Assembly (NCBI GenBank): GCA_963706285.1
Contig: CAVPLU010000016.1
Coordinates: 1-64,000, forward strand
DNA from: Candidatus Bathyarchaeota archaeon
GTDB lineage: Archaea > Thermoproteota > Bathyarchaeia > 40CM-2-53-6
Reading direction: 5' to 3'
Length of the DNA: 64,000 nt
Part shown: piece after piece, positions 53,682-62,140 of the stretch
How the letters are laid out: the number at the start of each line of letters is the position of its first letter
Position numbering within the stretch: the stretch's first letter is position 1
Translations under genes and position numbers: made by a program
The notes under the pieces: model-generated
Told to the model about the DNA's origin: nothing
Database searches by the model: none
What the model saw: the letters and a program-made list of their open reading frames with translations, nothing else

Positions 53682-54656
53682 TTGGATCTCCGTCGACTCC
53701 AAAGAACGTCAGATGGAACATTCTTCGTAACTCTACCCAAACCCTGGGTCGTCAAGAACAGGCTTGAGAAAGGTGCCATTCTAAGTTTCTCGGAGCGGAA
53801 AGACGGGAAGCTGCTTACTGAGCCATATGGCGAGCAGGAACGGAAGATCAGCACGGTCACGTTGGCGCCGAGCCCGATGTTGCGGCGAGAGATCGAGGAG
53901 AATTATCTCCTCGGATACGACGTATTCGAAATAGTCTCACAGCAAGCCATTCACTCAGACACGAGAGAGACGGTGAGAAGGATCGTTCGTAGCTTGGTGG
54001 GTCTTGAGATTGTGGAGGAGGATACGAAGAAGATAGTCATACAATGCCTCATCGAACCATCGCTGCTCTTTCCGGACAAGATCCTGCGAAGGCTCCACTT
54101 GATCACATTGTCGATGCAGAAGGACGCTGTTTCATCGTTTGTTAGCGGCGATTCAAAGTTCGCTCACACCGTGATCGAACGCGACGAAGATGTTGACAGA
54201 CTATACTTCCTTCTCGTGCGAGTTGTCCGAGCGGCTTTGACTGATCCGGCGATCGCTGAGAAACTTGCCACGAGCGCCATAGAGTGCCTCGACCATAGGA
54301 TTCTCGCGAGTCTCGTTGAGAACTTCGCGGACTATGCCACCGATATTGCAGAAAGTACGTGGGCACGGGGAAAAGGTAGAGATATGGAGAGTACGATTCG
54401 AAGCATCGAGAAGGCGGGCGGCATTCTCAACCGCATGCACAAAGACGCGGTTGAAGCCGTGTTTACCAGAAACCTTGCGCTCGCTGAAGAAGCAACAAGC
54501 CTCTACAGGGACGCAGAAACAAGCATCAAGACCGCAGAGCGGGGATTAGTTAACGCAAAGCCGGAAACCATCGATCGGTTGGCAACTGTTGTGTCCGCGC
54601 TGAAAGCGATGTCAGAAATAAATGTCGACATTGCCGATTTGGCAGTCACTCGGTAG
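53682..54656 (+). CDS. phoU: Archaeal phosphate uptake regulator (AbrB + PhoU domains)
   Basis: RRLQ..TLPKPWV, YLLGYD, ERDEDVDRLYFL. Confidence 0.85.
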   Translation: MDLRRLQRTSDGTFFVTLPKPWVVKNRLEKGAILSFSERKDGKLLTEPYGEQERKISTVTLAPSPMLRREIEENYLLGYDVFEIVSQQAIHSDTRETVRRIVRSLVGLEIVEEDTKKIVIQCLIEPSLLFPDKILRRLHLITLSMQKDAVSSFVSGDSKFAHTVIERDEDVDRLYFLLVRVVRAALTDPAIAEKLATSAIECLDHRILASLVENFADYATDIAESTWARGKGRDMESTIRSIEKAGGILNRMHKDAVEAVFTRNLALAEEATSLYRDAETSIKTAERGLVNAKPETIDRLATVVSALKAMSEINVDIADLAVTR

Positions 54657-55215
54657 CTCGTCGCCGCGTCTTGCTCGCGTGTCGATATCGTCTAGCATGT
54701 GTTGCGAGGTAGTATAGTGCGGAGATTGTTTTTGCATCCTGGATCTTACCACGCTCGATCGCTCTTAGGGCTTGACGCAAATCGACGGCCTGAATAGCGA
54801 TTGACTCGTCTTCTTCCTGTTTCCCCTTGGCTGGAATGAGTCGTGTCGCAAGGAAGAAGTGAATCTTCTCTGTGCTATAACCCGGTGCCAGATAGCAGGA
54901 GAACAGCTTCCTAATTCGTTTCGCTGCATATCCAGTCTCTTCGACAAGTTCCCTCTTTGCGCACGATAGAGGGCTCTCGCCTGGTTCGAGCGTTCCGGCG
55001 GGGATCTCCATCAGCTGTCTATGCGTAGCCGCCCTGTACTGCTTAACGACTAGGAGCTTGCCGTTGTCTAGGATGGGGATGATTGCAGCGGCTCCTGGGT
55101 GCTCTACGATCTCTCTAGTAGTCTCTCTACCGTTCGCTAGCTTGACTCTGTCAACGTGTAGTCTGAGTACTCTTCCTCTGTAGATGGTTCGGCTGCTGAT
55201 GGTCGATTCGGTCAT
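54646..55215 (-). CDS. NUDIX hydrolase (ADP-ribose pyrophosphatase-like)
   Basis: EIPAG..AKRELVEETG Nudix box, HPGA, DAKT. Confidence 0.9.
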   Translation of the reverse strand: MTESTISSRTIYRGRVLRLHVDRVKLANGRETTREIVEHPGAAAIIPILDNGKLLVVKQYRAATHRQLMEIPAGTLEPGESPLSCAKRELVEETGYAAKRIRKLFSCYLAPGYSTEKIHFFLATRLIPAKGKQEEDESIAIQAVDLRQALRAIERGKIQDAKTISALYYLATHARRYRHASKTRRRATE

Positions 55216-55354
55216 TATGCTCTTCAGCGTCTCTCATCGAGCACGGATATAGGCCCAGTCCTAAGGAAGGAATTTACACGCTACGCCCCGCAAGAAACAC
55301 TACGATAAGGTACAATAGTACACACGGCGTTGGGCAGAAAGTCCTCCACGGATG

Positions 55355-55717
55355 CTATGCGTGCAGCCACAGAAGGTACGACGCCTGTCCCTTGCAGTGA
55401 GAGCATCTACAGGCAGGGGTTGGAACGAACTCAGCTGGAATCCATGTCTCCAATAGACGGGATTGGGTTTCAAGACCGCAATTTGCGCAGAATACTCCCT
55501 CAAGTGTCCATGCCATCTTTTCTGAACCGCACTCGCATGTTTCTCGTTCGAACTCAAGATCCGCCTTTGATATTCTAACCGCTCGTTTGAGGAACTTCGT
55601 CTTGTAGTATCGTTTCTGTTTCCACATGAGATAGCATTCGTGGGAGCAGACGCGTCGTGGTCTACCGAAACTGTAGGGGATCTCTTTTCCGCAGACGACG
55701 CATGCGTTTTGAGCCAT
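55355..55717 (-). CDS. Multi-zinc-finger hypothetical protein
   Basis: CVVC..CSHEC, CECG..CANCG, CRCSHC. Confidence 0.6.
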   Translation of the reverse strand: MAQNACVVCGKEIPYSFGRPRRVCSHECYLMWKQKRYYKTKFLKRAVRISKADLEFERETCECGSEKMAWTLEGVFCANCGLETQSRLLETWIPAEFVPTPACRCSHCKGQASYLLWLHA

Positions 55718-56048
55718 GGACGGTTCTCTCGCTTTCTTTGTTCGATTGTATCGGCTAGGATGCCAACTGTTTCTTAAGCATATTCGAGTGCTCGTGTAGG
55801 CTCTAATGGGCGGTTACTTTCAGAATAGATGAACACTTCTCGCTCGTGGGAAGTCGTAGAGTCGCAGCATCTTCAGTGATCTCTACTTTAGGGTCGAGAA
55901 TTCTCACACGAACAAGTACATCTCGTCATATGGTTTGTATGGATAGCTAGCAGGTTCTTTGAAAGATCCTCACGCGGGCTCGGGTGAGAGCGTCAGTGGA
56001 GTGATGGTAGGGAACGACATTTATGCGTGGCAAGCATCCGGTCGTGGT

Positions 56049-56188
56049 GCCCGGGTTGCCGAGCCAGGTACGGCGACAGAGCCTATGCGTTTCGGTGCGC
56101 TGGGCGTTGAACCTCGAGATCGCAATAAATCGGACCAAGTAAGCTGTTGGTCCTCTGGGCCGCGTGGGTTCAAATCCCACCCCGGGCG
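56049..56188 (+). tRNA. tRNA-Ser(CGA) with two introns (30/31: 56080-56111; 37/38: 56119-56141)
   Basis: Acceptor GCCCGGG/CCCGGGC plus G73, long variable arm, GTGGG-TTCAAAT-CCCAC T arm; after splicing the anticodon arm is ACAGC-CTCGAGA-GCTGT. Confidence 0.88.
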
Positions 56189-56257
56189 CCTAATCAAGCC
56201 CAGTGCAGACGATCACAAAATCTCCAATCGCGACTAGAGTAGCTTGGGTCGCTGATG

Positions 56258-56512
56258 CTACGCGAAAAGCACCTTTCGCAGGGCGTCTTCGAGCGTATTC
56301 GGATTGGAAAGCGCGGCTCCTGCTAACCGGATTTTTCCGTCAACCTCAACGACCGGAATGATGTTCTTGTATCTTTCAAAGAGCTGCGAATCCGTTGTGA
56401 TGTCTTTGATTGAAATCTCGAAGGATTGCTCATCTCTGAGTTTCAGTAGCTCAGTTAGTACGCGCTCACAGAGATGGCATCCATCCTTTGTGTACAAAAC
56501 CACTTTATGCAA
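56258..56512 (-). CDS. Glutaredoxin-like protein (DUF836)
   Basis: LYTKDGCHLCE, IPVVEVDG. Confidence 0.85.
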   Translation of the reverse strand: MHKVVLYTKDGCHLCERVLTELLKLRDEQSFEISIKDITTDSQLFERYKNIIPVVEVDGKIRLAGAALSNPNTLEDALRKVLFA

Positions 56513-56815
56513 ACGGGCTCACTTCGCTGCTATCAACCGTCGCTCTAATCCCATTGCGACATTGATCAATTTGACTGCACGCGTGTTTCACGTGAGCGAG
56601 CAGCATAACGAATTGTCCATTAGAATCCTGATCCCTAGAAGAGAGACCGACCACTTTCTCATACGAGAGTGGACTCGGACACCACACAATTGCTCGTATC
56701 ACGGAAACTCGGAGTCGAGAATTCTTTGACTGATCTTGTCACATAATAAGCGCCTGTTGGAGAAGAGAAAAATGAGCTAAGGTTTATTCTCAGCTAGTTC
56801 GATGGAGATGATTCC

Positions 56816-57433
56816 ATGTTCAAATTGTTGATCCTAGACATGGAGCCATTGATTTTCAATGCAGAGTATCTGCCGCTTTTGGCTAAGGAGGTCGGATTGG
56901 AAGAAAAGGTTGCCAAAATAACGAGCGATGGGTTAAGTGGAAGGATAGAGTGGAAAGTAGGACTGATTGAAAGAATCAAATTGCTAAAAGGGATTCCGCT
57001 AGATGTTGTCAAAAGAGTTGCGGATGAAATAGATTATACTGAAGGAATCCAGGATGTTTTTAGATTTGCAAAAGAAAAAGGAATAATCACGGCAGTAATA
57101 ACTGGAGGTTTCAGGATTCAGGCCAGAAGAATAGAAGACGAGCAGGGAGCCGACTATATTCTTGCGAACGACCTGATCTTTAAAGAAAACAAACTTCACG
57201 ACGTTAAGGTTCACGTTCACGCGAATAAGAATAGTCATGTAAACTTCCTCAAAGCACTTCTTGGAATTGACTCTCAAGACATTATAGCAGTCGGAGAAGG
57301 CATGAACGATCTCACCATGCTCAAGAACAATTTCGGAGTAGGCTACAATCCAACTAATGAGAGGGTCAGAAAAGCATGCAAAGTGATCATTGAAAAACCA
57401 ATAGAATTGATCCATATCCTTGAAGCATCTTGA
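56816..57433 (+). CDS. SerB-like HAD phosphatase with variant motifs
   Basis: ERIKLLKG, ITGGF, ANDL, AVGEGMND; motif I reads DME. Confidence 0.75.
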   Translation: MFKLLILDMEPLIFNAEYLPLLAKEVGLEEKVAKITSDGLSGRIEWKVGLIERIKLLKGIPLDVVKRVADEIDYTEGIQDVFRFAKEKGIITAVITGGFRIQARRIEDEQGADYILANDLIFKENKLHDVKVHVHANKNSHVNFLKALLGIDSQDIIAVGEGMNDLTMLKNNFGVGYNPTNERVRKACKVIIEKPIELIHILEAS

Positions 57434-57440
57434 AAATTCC

Positions 57441-57482
57441 ACGTTCAAATTCGACTCTACGCACCATGAGATCCACACAAGA
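57441..57482 (+). repeat. Dispersed tRNA-3'-end-like repeat, copy F
   Basis: GTTCAAAT-tcgactctacgc-A-CCA-tgagatccacacaa, starting 10 nt after the serB-like stop. Confidence 0.75.
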
Positions 57483-57515
57483 GAATCCGAATGCATGACG
57501 TTTGGCTGTTAGGCG

Positions 57516-57944
57516 CTATTTCTTTCGCTTCTTCTTAGGGGCGGGAGTTCTCTTTTTCGTTATGTGGTAGATGTCGAGCCAGATTCCGTCGATGACTTTG
57601 AAGAATGCGACTTTCCATTCGCCATCTTCAATTGGTCCAATCATGGGAGGATATCCAGCATCTTTTAGTCGTTGCACGGCTCCGTCGAAATCATCAACCT
57701 CGAATCCTAAGTGATCCAGCTCGTCACCTTCTTTGAAGGGGCCTGCGACTGGGCTGTCATCTGCGTACCAGTTGATCTCTAGCCAATGCTTCTCGTCGAG
57801 TGACAAGAGGTTTGCGAACTCCCCTTTGTTCGAAGGAGCCTTGATACGACCTTGCACCTTCATTCCGAGGACATTCGTGAAGAATTGAATTGCGTTATCG
57901 AGATCTCGGACACGTATCCCCGTGTAACCGAACTTGAATCTCAT
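57516..57944 (-). CDS. VOC/glyoxalase family protein
   Basis: YTGIRVRDLD, LEINWY, LDHLGF; paralog of 28106-28522. Confidence 0.85.
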   Translation of the reverse strand: MRFKFGYTGIRVRDLDNAIQFFTNVLGMKVQGRIKAPSNKGEFANLLSLDEKHWLEINWYADDSPVAGPFKEGDELDHLGFEVDDFDGAVQRLKDAGYPPMIGPIEDGEWKVAFFKVIDGIWLDIYHITKKRTPAPKKKRKK

Positions 57945-58002
57945 GATAGGCAAGAGTGCTCGTTTCGGTATTAAGACTGTACCAAGGACCGATGCCATAC
58001 CA

Positions 58003-58140
58003 GTGTGTGTGGTAGTAATGGTGCGAGCGCCCAAATTTTGGCCGTCGTCGTTTGAGGTTTTTGTGTGTGGATCTATTGGTGCGGGCGCCGTAATTTGAAC
58101 CGTCGATTGGCGTCGTAGTTTGACTGTGTGTGCGCACCAA
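58003..58140 (-). repeat. Dispersed tRNA-3'-end-like repeat, copy E (two tandem units)
   Basis: Minus strand GGTTCAAAT-tacggcgcccgc-A-CCA (58101-58077) and GGCCAAAAT-ttgggcgctcgc-A-CCA (58043-58019), each with a cacacac tail. Confidence 0.8.
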
Positions 58141-58411
58141 GATGCCTGTATACACACAAGAATCAATGGTTTGAACCGTGACGGACGACGGGTTAGGGAA
58201 AGAATCCTCCTACTGATTCCTCATTTGATGACTGACTCAAAGGGGTCGATCATAATCACTATGAAGAGTCCGATGAAGCTTGTGTGATTCCGGCAAGACG
58301 AAGAAACCAAGAACCACATGGAGTGCATGAGAGAGCCCGACGAAACGCGCAATGACAGAAGTTAATCGAAATAATTGTGGAAGTCATTAGCGATTCCAGA
58401 AAATGTATTTG

Positions 58412-58451
58412 AAAAATGGGGGTAACTGGGAGCGTATGTCTCCCAGGTTAC
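58412..58451 (-). terminator. Hairpin plus T-tract terminator candidate
   Basis: gtaac-tgggag/ctccca-g-gttac stem followed on the minus strand by TTTTT, just after the 58460 stop. Confidence 0.55.
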
Positions 58452-58459
58452 TTACGATT

Positions 58460-58984
58460 TTATGCCTTAACGTTAGGCTCGTACGCGAATAGTGTCTCGC
58501 TTCTCCAGATCCCATCAGTATGACCTATTTGTTCGACCGTAGATTTCATGAGGTCCTCATAGTTCCTTGCCTTGGAACTCATGATGATGTCGAACTGACC
58601 TGGAATACTCCACGCGTCGTATATGGCGGGTAGCTTCTTCAGCTTCTGTATAACTTCCGGTAATGGCTTATTCACTGATAGGAGACTGAATCCCCAAACG
58701 CCCTCCGCGTCAAGTTTCTGACCGTTAACGAATCCATCATTTGCAGTGAAAGTATTGGTGCTGTTTACTCCGTGGATACTACGTATCTTGTTAACTATAC
58801 TGTAGACTTGCTCTGGAGTACTGTTCTTGATTCGCATAATGATATCGTATCGACCGGTCACTGGTGCGCTGAACTCTATATCGCTGTACTTGCGTAGCTC
58901 CTCAACCACATGTGGCAACCGGTCATGCTGGACCTTTGCGAACACGTAAGTCGGGAACATTTTGTTTGCTTGCATTATTTTCAC
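58460..58984 (-). CDS. Tandem Lrp/AsnC ligand-binding domain protein (no HTH)
   Basis: VTGRYDII..TNTF and IPGQFDII..SETL repeats. Confidence 0.8.
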   Translation of the reverse strand: MKIMQANKMFPTYVFAKVQHDRLPHVVEELRKYSDIEFSAPVTGRYDIIMRIKNSTPEQVYSIVNKIRSIHGVNSTNTFTANDGFVNGQKLDAEGVWGFSLLSVNKPLPEVIQKLKKLPAIYDAWSIPGQFDIIMSSKARNYEDLMKSTVEQIGHTDGIWRSETLFAYEPNVKA

Positions 58985-59081
58985 CTACTAACTCCAAGTA
59001 TTGTTAAGCCTAAGTATAGCTGTATCATGCATATAACAGTTGTTACCAGAAGATATATCTGTAACATTCACCAATTCAGGC

Positions 59082-59774
59082 ATGAATGAACCCATGAAAA
59101 CGGTAAGAAGGCGAACGATATCCGGAGTCGTAGTGGATCTGTTAACGCGAAACCACCCCGTTTACCAGCACATTCGGATGGGACTCATCAACTATCACGC
59201 CTTAGCCGCAAGAATCAAGCCTACCGTGGACCGGATTACTGGCAGGGACGTGAACGTTAACACGATAGTTGTAATTATCAAGAGGTTTTCGGATGCACAA
59301 TCCAAACTTGGGCTACCACTCACCATGTCCATACTTAGAAATTCAAAAATGAGTTTGAGTAGTGGAGTGGTTGACGTGACAATTACTCCTAAGAGAGAAG
59401 CTTTCATTGGCGAATTGAGGAGGCTCGTGGAACTATCTACTGAAATGGACGAACGCCCACATATCTTCCCCCTCGTCAACTCAATCAAGATCATTGCCGA
59501 CGTAAACGACTATGGAAAACTGAAAACGGCACTGAAAGGCCGATACTCCCTAAAGCCTCGAATGAATACGGTGAAAATTATGATACATCTATCCGAGGAT
59601 GCTGAGAGGCCTCCTGGAATCGCCGCGTACATTACTGACCTGCTCTACCGCAACGGAATAAACATCATAGACGCATTCCTAGGATACGAAGACATCATCC
59701 TCATACTCGATGAGTCAGATGGATCACGAGCATACACAATATTGGAAGAGGAGACCAGCGAAGCTCGCAAGTGA
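59082..59774 (+). CDS. ACT-domain regulator-like protein
   Basis: GLINYHALAARI N-terminus; PGIAAYITDLLYRNGINI ACT domain. Confidence 0.75.
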   Translation: MNEPMKTVRRRTISGVVVDLLTRNHPVYQHIRMGLINYHALAARIKPTVDRITGRDVNVNTIVVIIKRFSDAQSKLGLPLTMSILRNSKMSLSSGVVDVTITPKREAFIGELRRLVELSTEMDERPHIFPLVNSIKIIADVNDYGKLKTALKGRYSLKPRMNTVKIMIHLSEDAERPPGIAAYITDLLYRNGINIIDAFLGYEDIILILDESDGSRAYTILEEETSEARK

Positions 59775-59832
59775 GCCTGCCAATGCACTATTCGAGGGAT
59801 GCGGCTACAACTCTTTAACGCGTGGGTCAGCT

Positions 59833-59945
59833 GGTGCGCGACGACGAAAAACGTCCCTCCCATGCGAGGTTCAATTCTGGGTGCTCCACACTAGTGACCA
59901 CGACGACGGGTCAGATCCAGTAGTTTTGTGCGTGCGCACCAAGAG
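59833..59945 (+). repeat. Dispersed repeat, copy C (degenerate)
   Basis: cgacgacgaaaaacg identical to copy A, then ccctcccatg..GGTTCAATT, cgacgacgggtcagatcc and cgcacca. Confidence 0.65.
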
Positions 59946-60068
59946 GCTCTCATGAGTGAGGAGCGAGACAGAGCACGAATCCTATCTCCAAATGCTTTGC
60001 GGCAGCCATAGACGGATACGTTCCAGTACGCAACCAGCTTGTGTTTGCAGCGCTTGCAGTTGAATGAG

Positions 60069-60102
60069 AAAAAGGAGGTCGAGCATGTGTTGTGCTCGAC
60101 CT
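60069..60102 (-). terminator. Hairpin plus T-tract terminator candidate
   Basis: aggtcgagca/tgctcgacct 10-bp stem then TTTTT on the minus strand, 26 nt after the Tyr-rich ORF. Confidence 0.6.
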
Positions 60103-60128
60103 AGGTCGGTTTAGTTTCGACGCTCTAA

Positions 60129-60296
60129 TTACCAATAGTTCGGATATCCGTACGAACCGTAGGTGTATGGATAACTATACGAACCATAGCTGTAACCGTA
60201 CGTTGGGTTGTCGCATGATGGATAACCGTACGACGTAGGGAACAGATAGTCCGATAAGTGATTGTAGTAAGTACCTCCAATAGTTACATGACCCAT
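60129..60296 (-). CDS. 55-aa Tyr/Gly/Ser-rich microprotein (not in the ORF track)
   Basis: MGHVTIGGTYYNHLSDYLFPTSYGYPSCDNPTYGYSYGSYSYPYTYGSYGYPNYW; GGAGGTG Shine-Dalgarno upstream. Confidence 0.75.
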   Translation of the reverse strand: MGHVTIGGTYYNHLSDYLFPTSYGYPSCDNPTYGYSYGSYSYPYTYGSYGYPNYW

Positions 60297-60317
60297 TTTT
60301 CTTTCCACCTCCCCTTC

Positions 60318-60482
60318 TTACATCCGATCTCCAGGCTTCGACCAAGCCTTACCTAGCCAGTCATTGACAGCTTCCTCGATCGCGCAGCTGAGGTCTCCTT
60401 TCTTCCCTCCGAGCCTCTTCACAATTGTCAATCGCAGTCGGTGCTCAACATTGTCCGAGAGCACTACGTAGATTCTTCCCAA
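60318..60482 (-). CDS. Ribbon-helix-helix protein (54 aa, not in the ORF track)
   Basis: MGRIYVVLSDNVEHRLRLTIVKRLGGKKGDLSCAIEEAVNDWL; paralog of 60576-60872. Confidence 0.75.
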   Translation of the reverse strand: MGRIYVVLSDNVEHRLRLTIVKRLGGKKGDLSCAIEEAVNDWLGKAWSKPGDRM

Positions 60483-60575
60483 AGATTATCTGGCCGAACC
60501 CTATATGCGCAAAGCGCGCTATAAGCTTATCTATTTAACGTTATACAGATATAACTGCATGACTGCGACTGAATT

Positions 60576-60872
60576 TCAGTACGTCTTGGGGGCAGATTTA
60601 GAATGCGTGTACACATCGGTCTTTTTGGGATCATGCTCATTGTTCTCGTTGGATCGTTTCGAAGCACGGGGTCTCTCTGGACCTCTTTCATGCAGCTGGC
60701 CGCGCACCCATTTGGTAATGTCGGCTTCTGTCGCATGTTTGTCCAGCCATTCTTTGATAGCCACCTCGATGGCACTGCTTAGATCGCCCTTCTTTCCGCC
60801 GAAAATTGTGACAACGGCCAGTCGGAGTCTGCGTTCCGTTTCGTCAGAAAGAACTATGTACATCTTACCCAA
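60576..60872 (-). CDS. Ribbon-helix-helix protein with a C-terminal extension
   Basis: GKMYIVLSDETERRLRLAVVTIFGGKKGDLSSAIEVAIKEWL. Confidence 0.75.
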   Translation of the reverse strand: MGKMYIVLSDETERRLRLAVVTIFGGKKGDLSSAIEVAIKEWLDKHATEADITKWVRGQLHERGPERPRASKRSNENNEHDPKKTDVYTHSKSAPKTY

Positions 60873-60981
60873 AATCAACATTCCCCTGACGGACGCCATA
60901 TTCAGCTTATCGATATAAGCTTATAACTTATAACCTTATAAGCGGCACAGTTCAACTATTTTAGGTCCTGAGTTAATTGAT

Positions 60982-61242
60982 ATGAGCAAGATCTATTCTA
61001 TGATAGCACCTTTACTTGGCGTAAGTTTGTTTCGAATTCTTAACGAATTAGGTGTGAATCAGACTGCAGGTTCTATGGTTAATTCAGCCTATACGTGGCT
61101 GGTGACCCTGAATCCGATCCTACTGATAATCCTGGGCATAATCGTATTCGTCGCTGGGAGGCTAGCGAAATGGATCGGCATCATAATGGTCATCGTCGGC
61201 GTCATCTTCCTAGTCCTACCGTACATACTAGGCGTCATCTAG
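60982..61242 (+). CDS. Small membrane protein
   Basis: Hydrophobic helices, 86 aa. Confidence 0.6.
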   Translation: MSKIYSMIAPLLGVSLFRILNELGVNQTAGSMVNSAYTWLVTLNPILLIILGIIVFVAGRLAKWIGIIMVIVGVIFLVLPYILGVI

Positions 61243-61257
61243 CCGAGGCCGTGTAAC

Positions 61258-61428
61258 ATGAGCAAAGAAGAAGTAAAGGGAAAAAGTAAGCAAATCAAGG
61301 GACAGATTCGTGAAGAAGTAGGCAAATTGACGAAGAACAAAACGGAACAGCTCAAAGGCAAGATTGAGCAAGTCGAAGGAAAAGCACAAGAGGAAATAGG
61401 GAAGTTCAAAAGAAAGGCCAAAGAGTAA
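61258..61428 (+). CDS. csbD: CsbD-family general stress protein (not in the ORF track)
   Basis: MSKEEVKGKSKQIKGQIREEVGKLTKNKTEQLKGKIEQVEGKAQEEIG. Confidence 0.85.
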   Translation: MSKEEVKGKSKQIKGQIREEVGKLTKNKTEQLKGKIEQVEGKAQEEIGKFKRKAKE

Positions 61429-61601
61429 GCCGACGTTCTGGCACGTACGCGCGCACTAATTTTCTCCGTAGTTTTGCGTTTACAGAGCTTTTTCAACTGT
61501 TTGGATACTCATGCTCTGCTCAGCTGAAAGAAGAATTGTGTAGCGTAGTCTCACCAAGGCTTATCTACAAATTTCGAATAATTAGCATCCGGGTAATCAT
61601 A

Positions 61602-61802
61602 ATGGCTGTGAAGATACTGGAACTGATAGGAAGCTCCGATAAGAGTTGGGAGGATGCAGTGCAAGAGGCCTTGAGAGAAGCCGCGAAAACTGTGAGGGAA
61701 ATCGTTGGCGTAGATGTGTTGGGATTCAAAGCAGATGTGAAGAATGGCAAGATTAGCCGATATAAGGCCCACGTCAAGATAGCCTTCACCGTTGAACGAT
61801 AA
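61602..61802 (+). CDS. Dodecin family flavin-binding protein
   Basis: KILELIGSSDKSWEDAV..YKAHVKIAF. Confidence 0.9.
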   Translation: MAVKILELIGSSDKSWEDAVQEALREAAKTVREIVGVDVLGFKADVKNGKISRYKAHVKIAFTVER

Positions 61803-61831
61803 TTCAATCCGGTAACATTGGAGGATCACGG

Positions 61832-62047
61832 ATGTTATCGGAACTCAAGACTTGTGGCATTTGTAACAGGGAGAACCTGCCAGAGAGCAGTTTTTGTGAC
61901 CTATGCGGATCGCCTTTCGAAGTTCTGGTGGAATGCAGTTGCGGATGCTGTCATCCTGAAGCAGTATTCTCTGATCCAAGCGACTATCCTGAAGCAGTAT
62001 TCTTGATAGACTATCCTGAAGCAGTATTCGCGACAATTATTGGTTAA
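61832..62047 (+). CDS. Zinc-ribbon microprotein with a triplicated PEAVF tail
   Basis: CGIC..FCDLCG; ATCCTGAAGCAGTATTC three times at 61953, 61986 and 62013. Confidence 0.5.
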   Translation: MLSELKTCGICNRENLPESSFCDLCGSPFEVLVECSCGCCHPEAVFSDPSDYPEAVFLIDYPEAVFATIIG

Positions 62048-62140
62048 CACTTAACGCTAATCGCATTCGAAGATTACTCTATCCTTACATCAGAACTAGC
62101 TGACAAGATACGGAAGACTAGAGCCTCAAAGAGGGAACGA

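Noticed and set aside
55947-56237. ORFs on both strands over the tRNA
   Set aside because: Shadow ORFs of tRNA-Ser; MGFEPT is the antisense T-arm.
57945-58166. N-terminal extension of the VOC ORF
   Set aside because: It reads through repeat copy E; comparison with the paralog places the start at 57944.
61953-62029. 17-nt direct repeats as a mini-CRISPR
   Set aside because: Repeats and spacers (16 and 10 nt) are too short, the repeats lie in frame inside an ORF, and there are no cas genes in the window.
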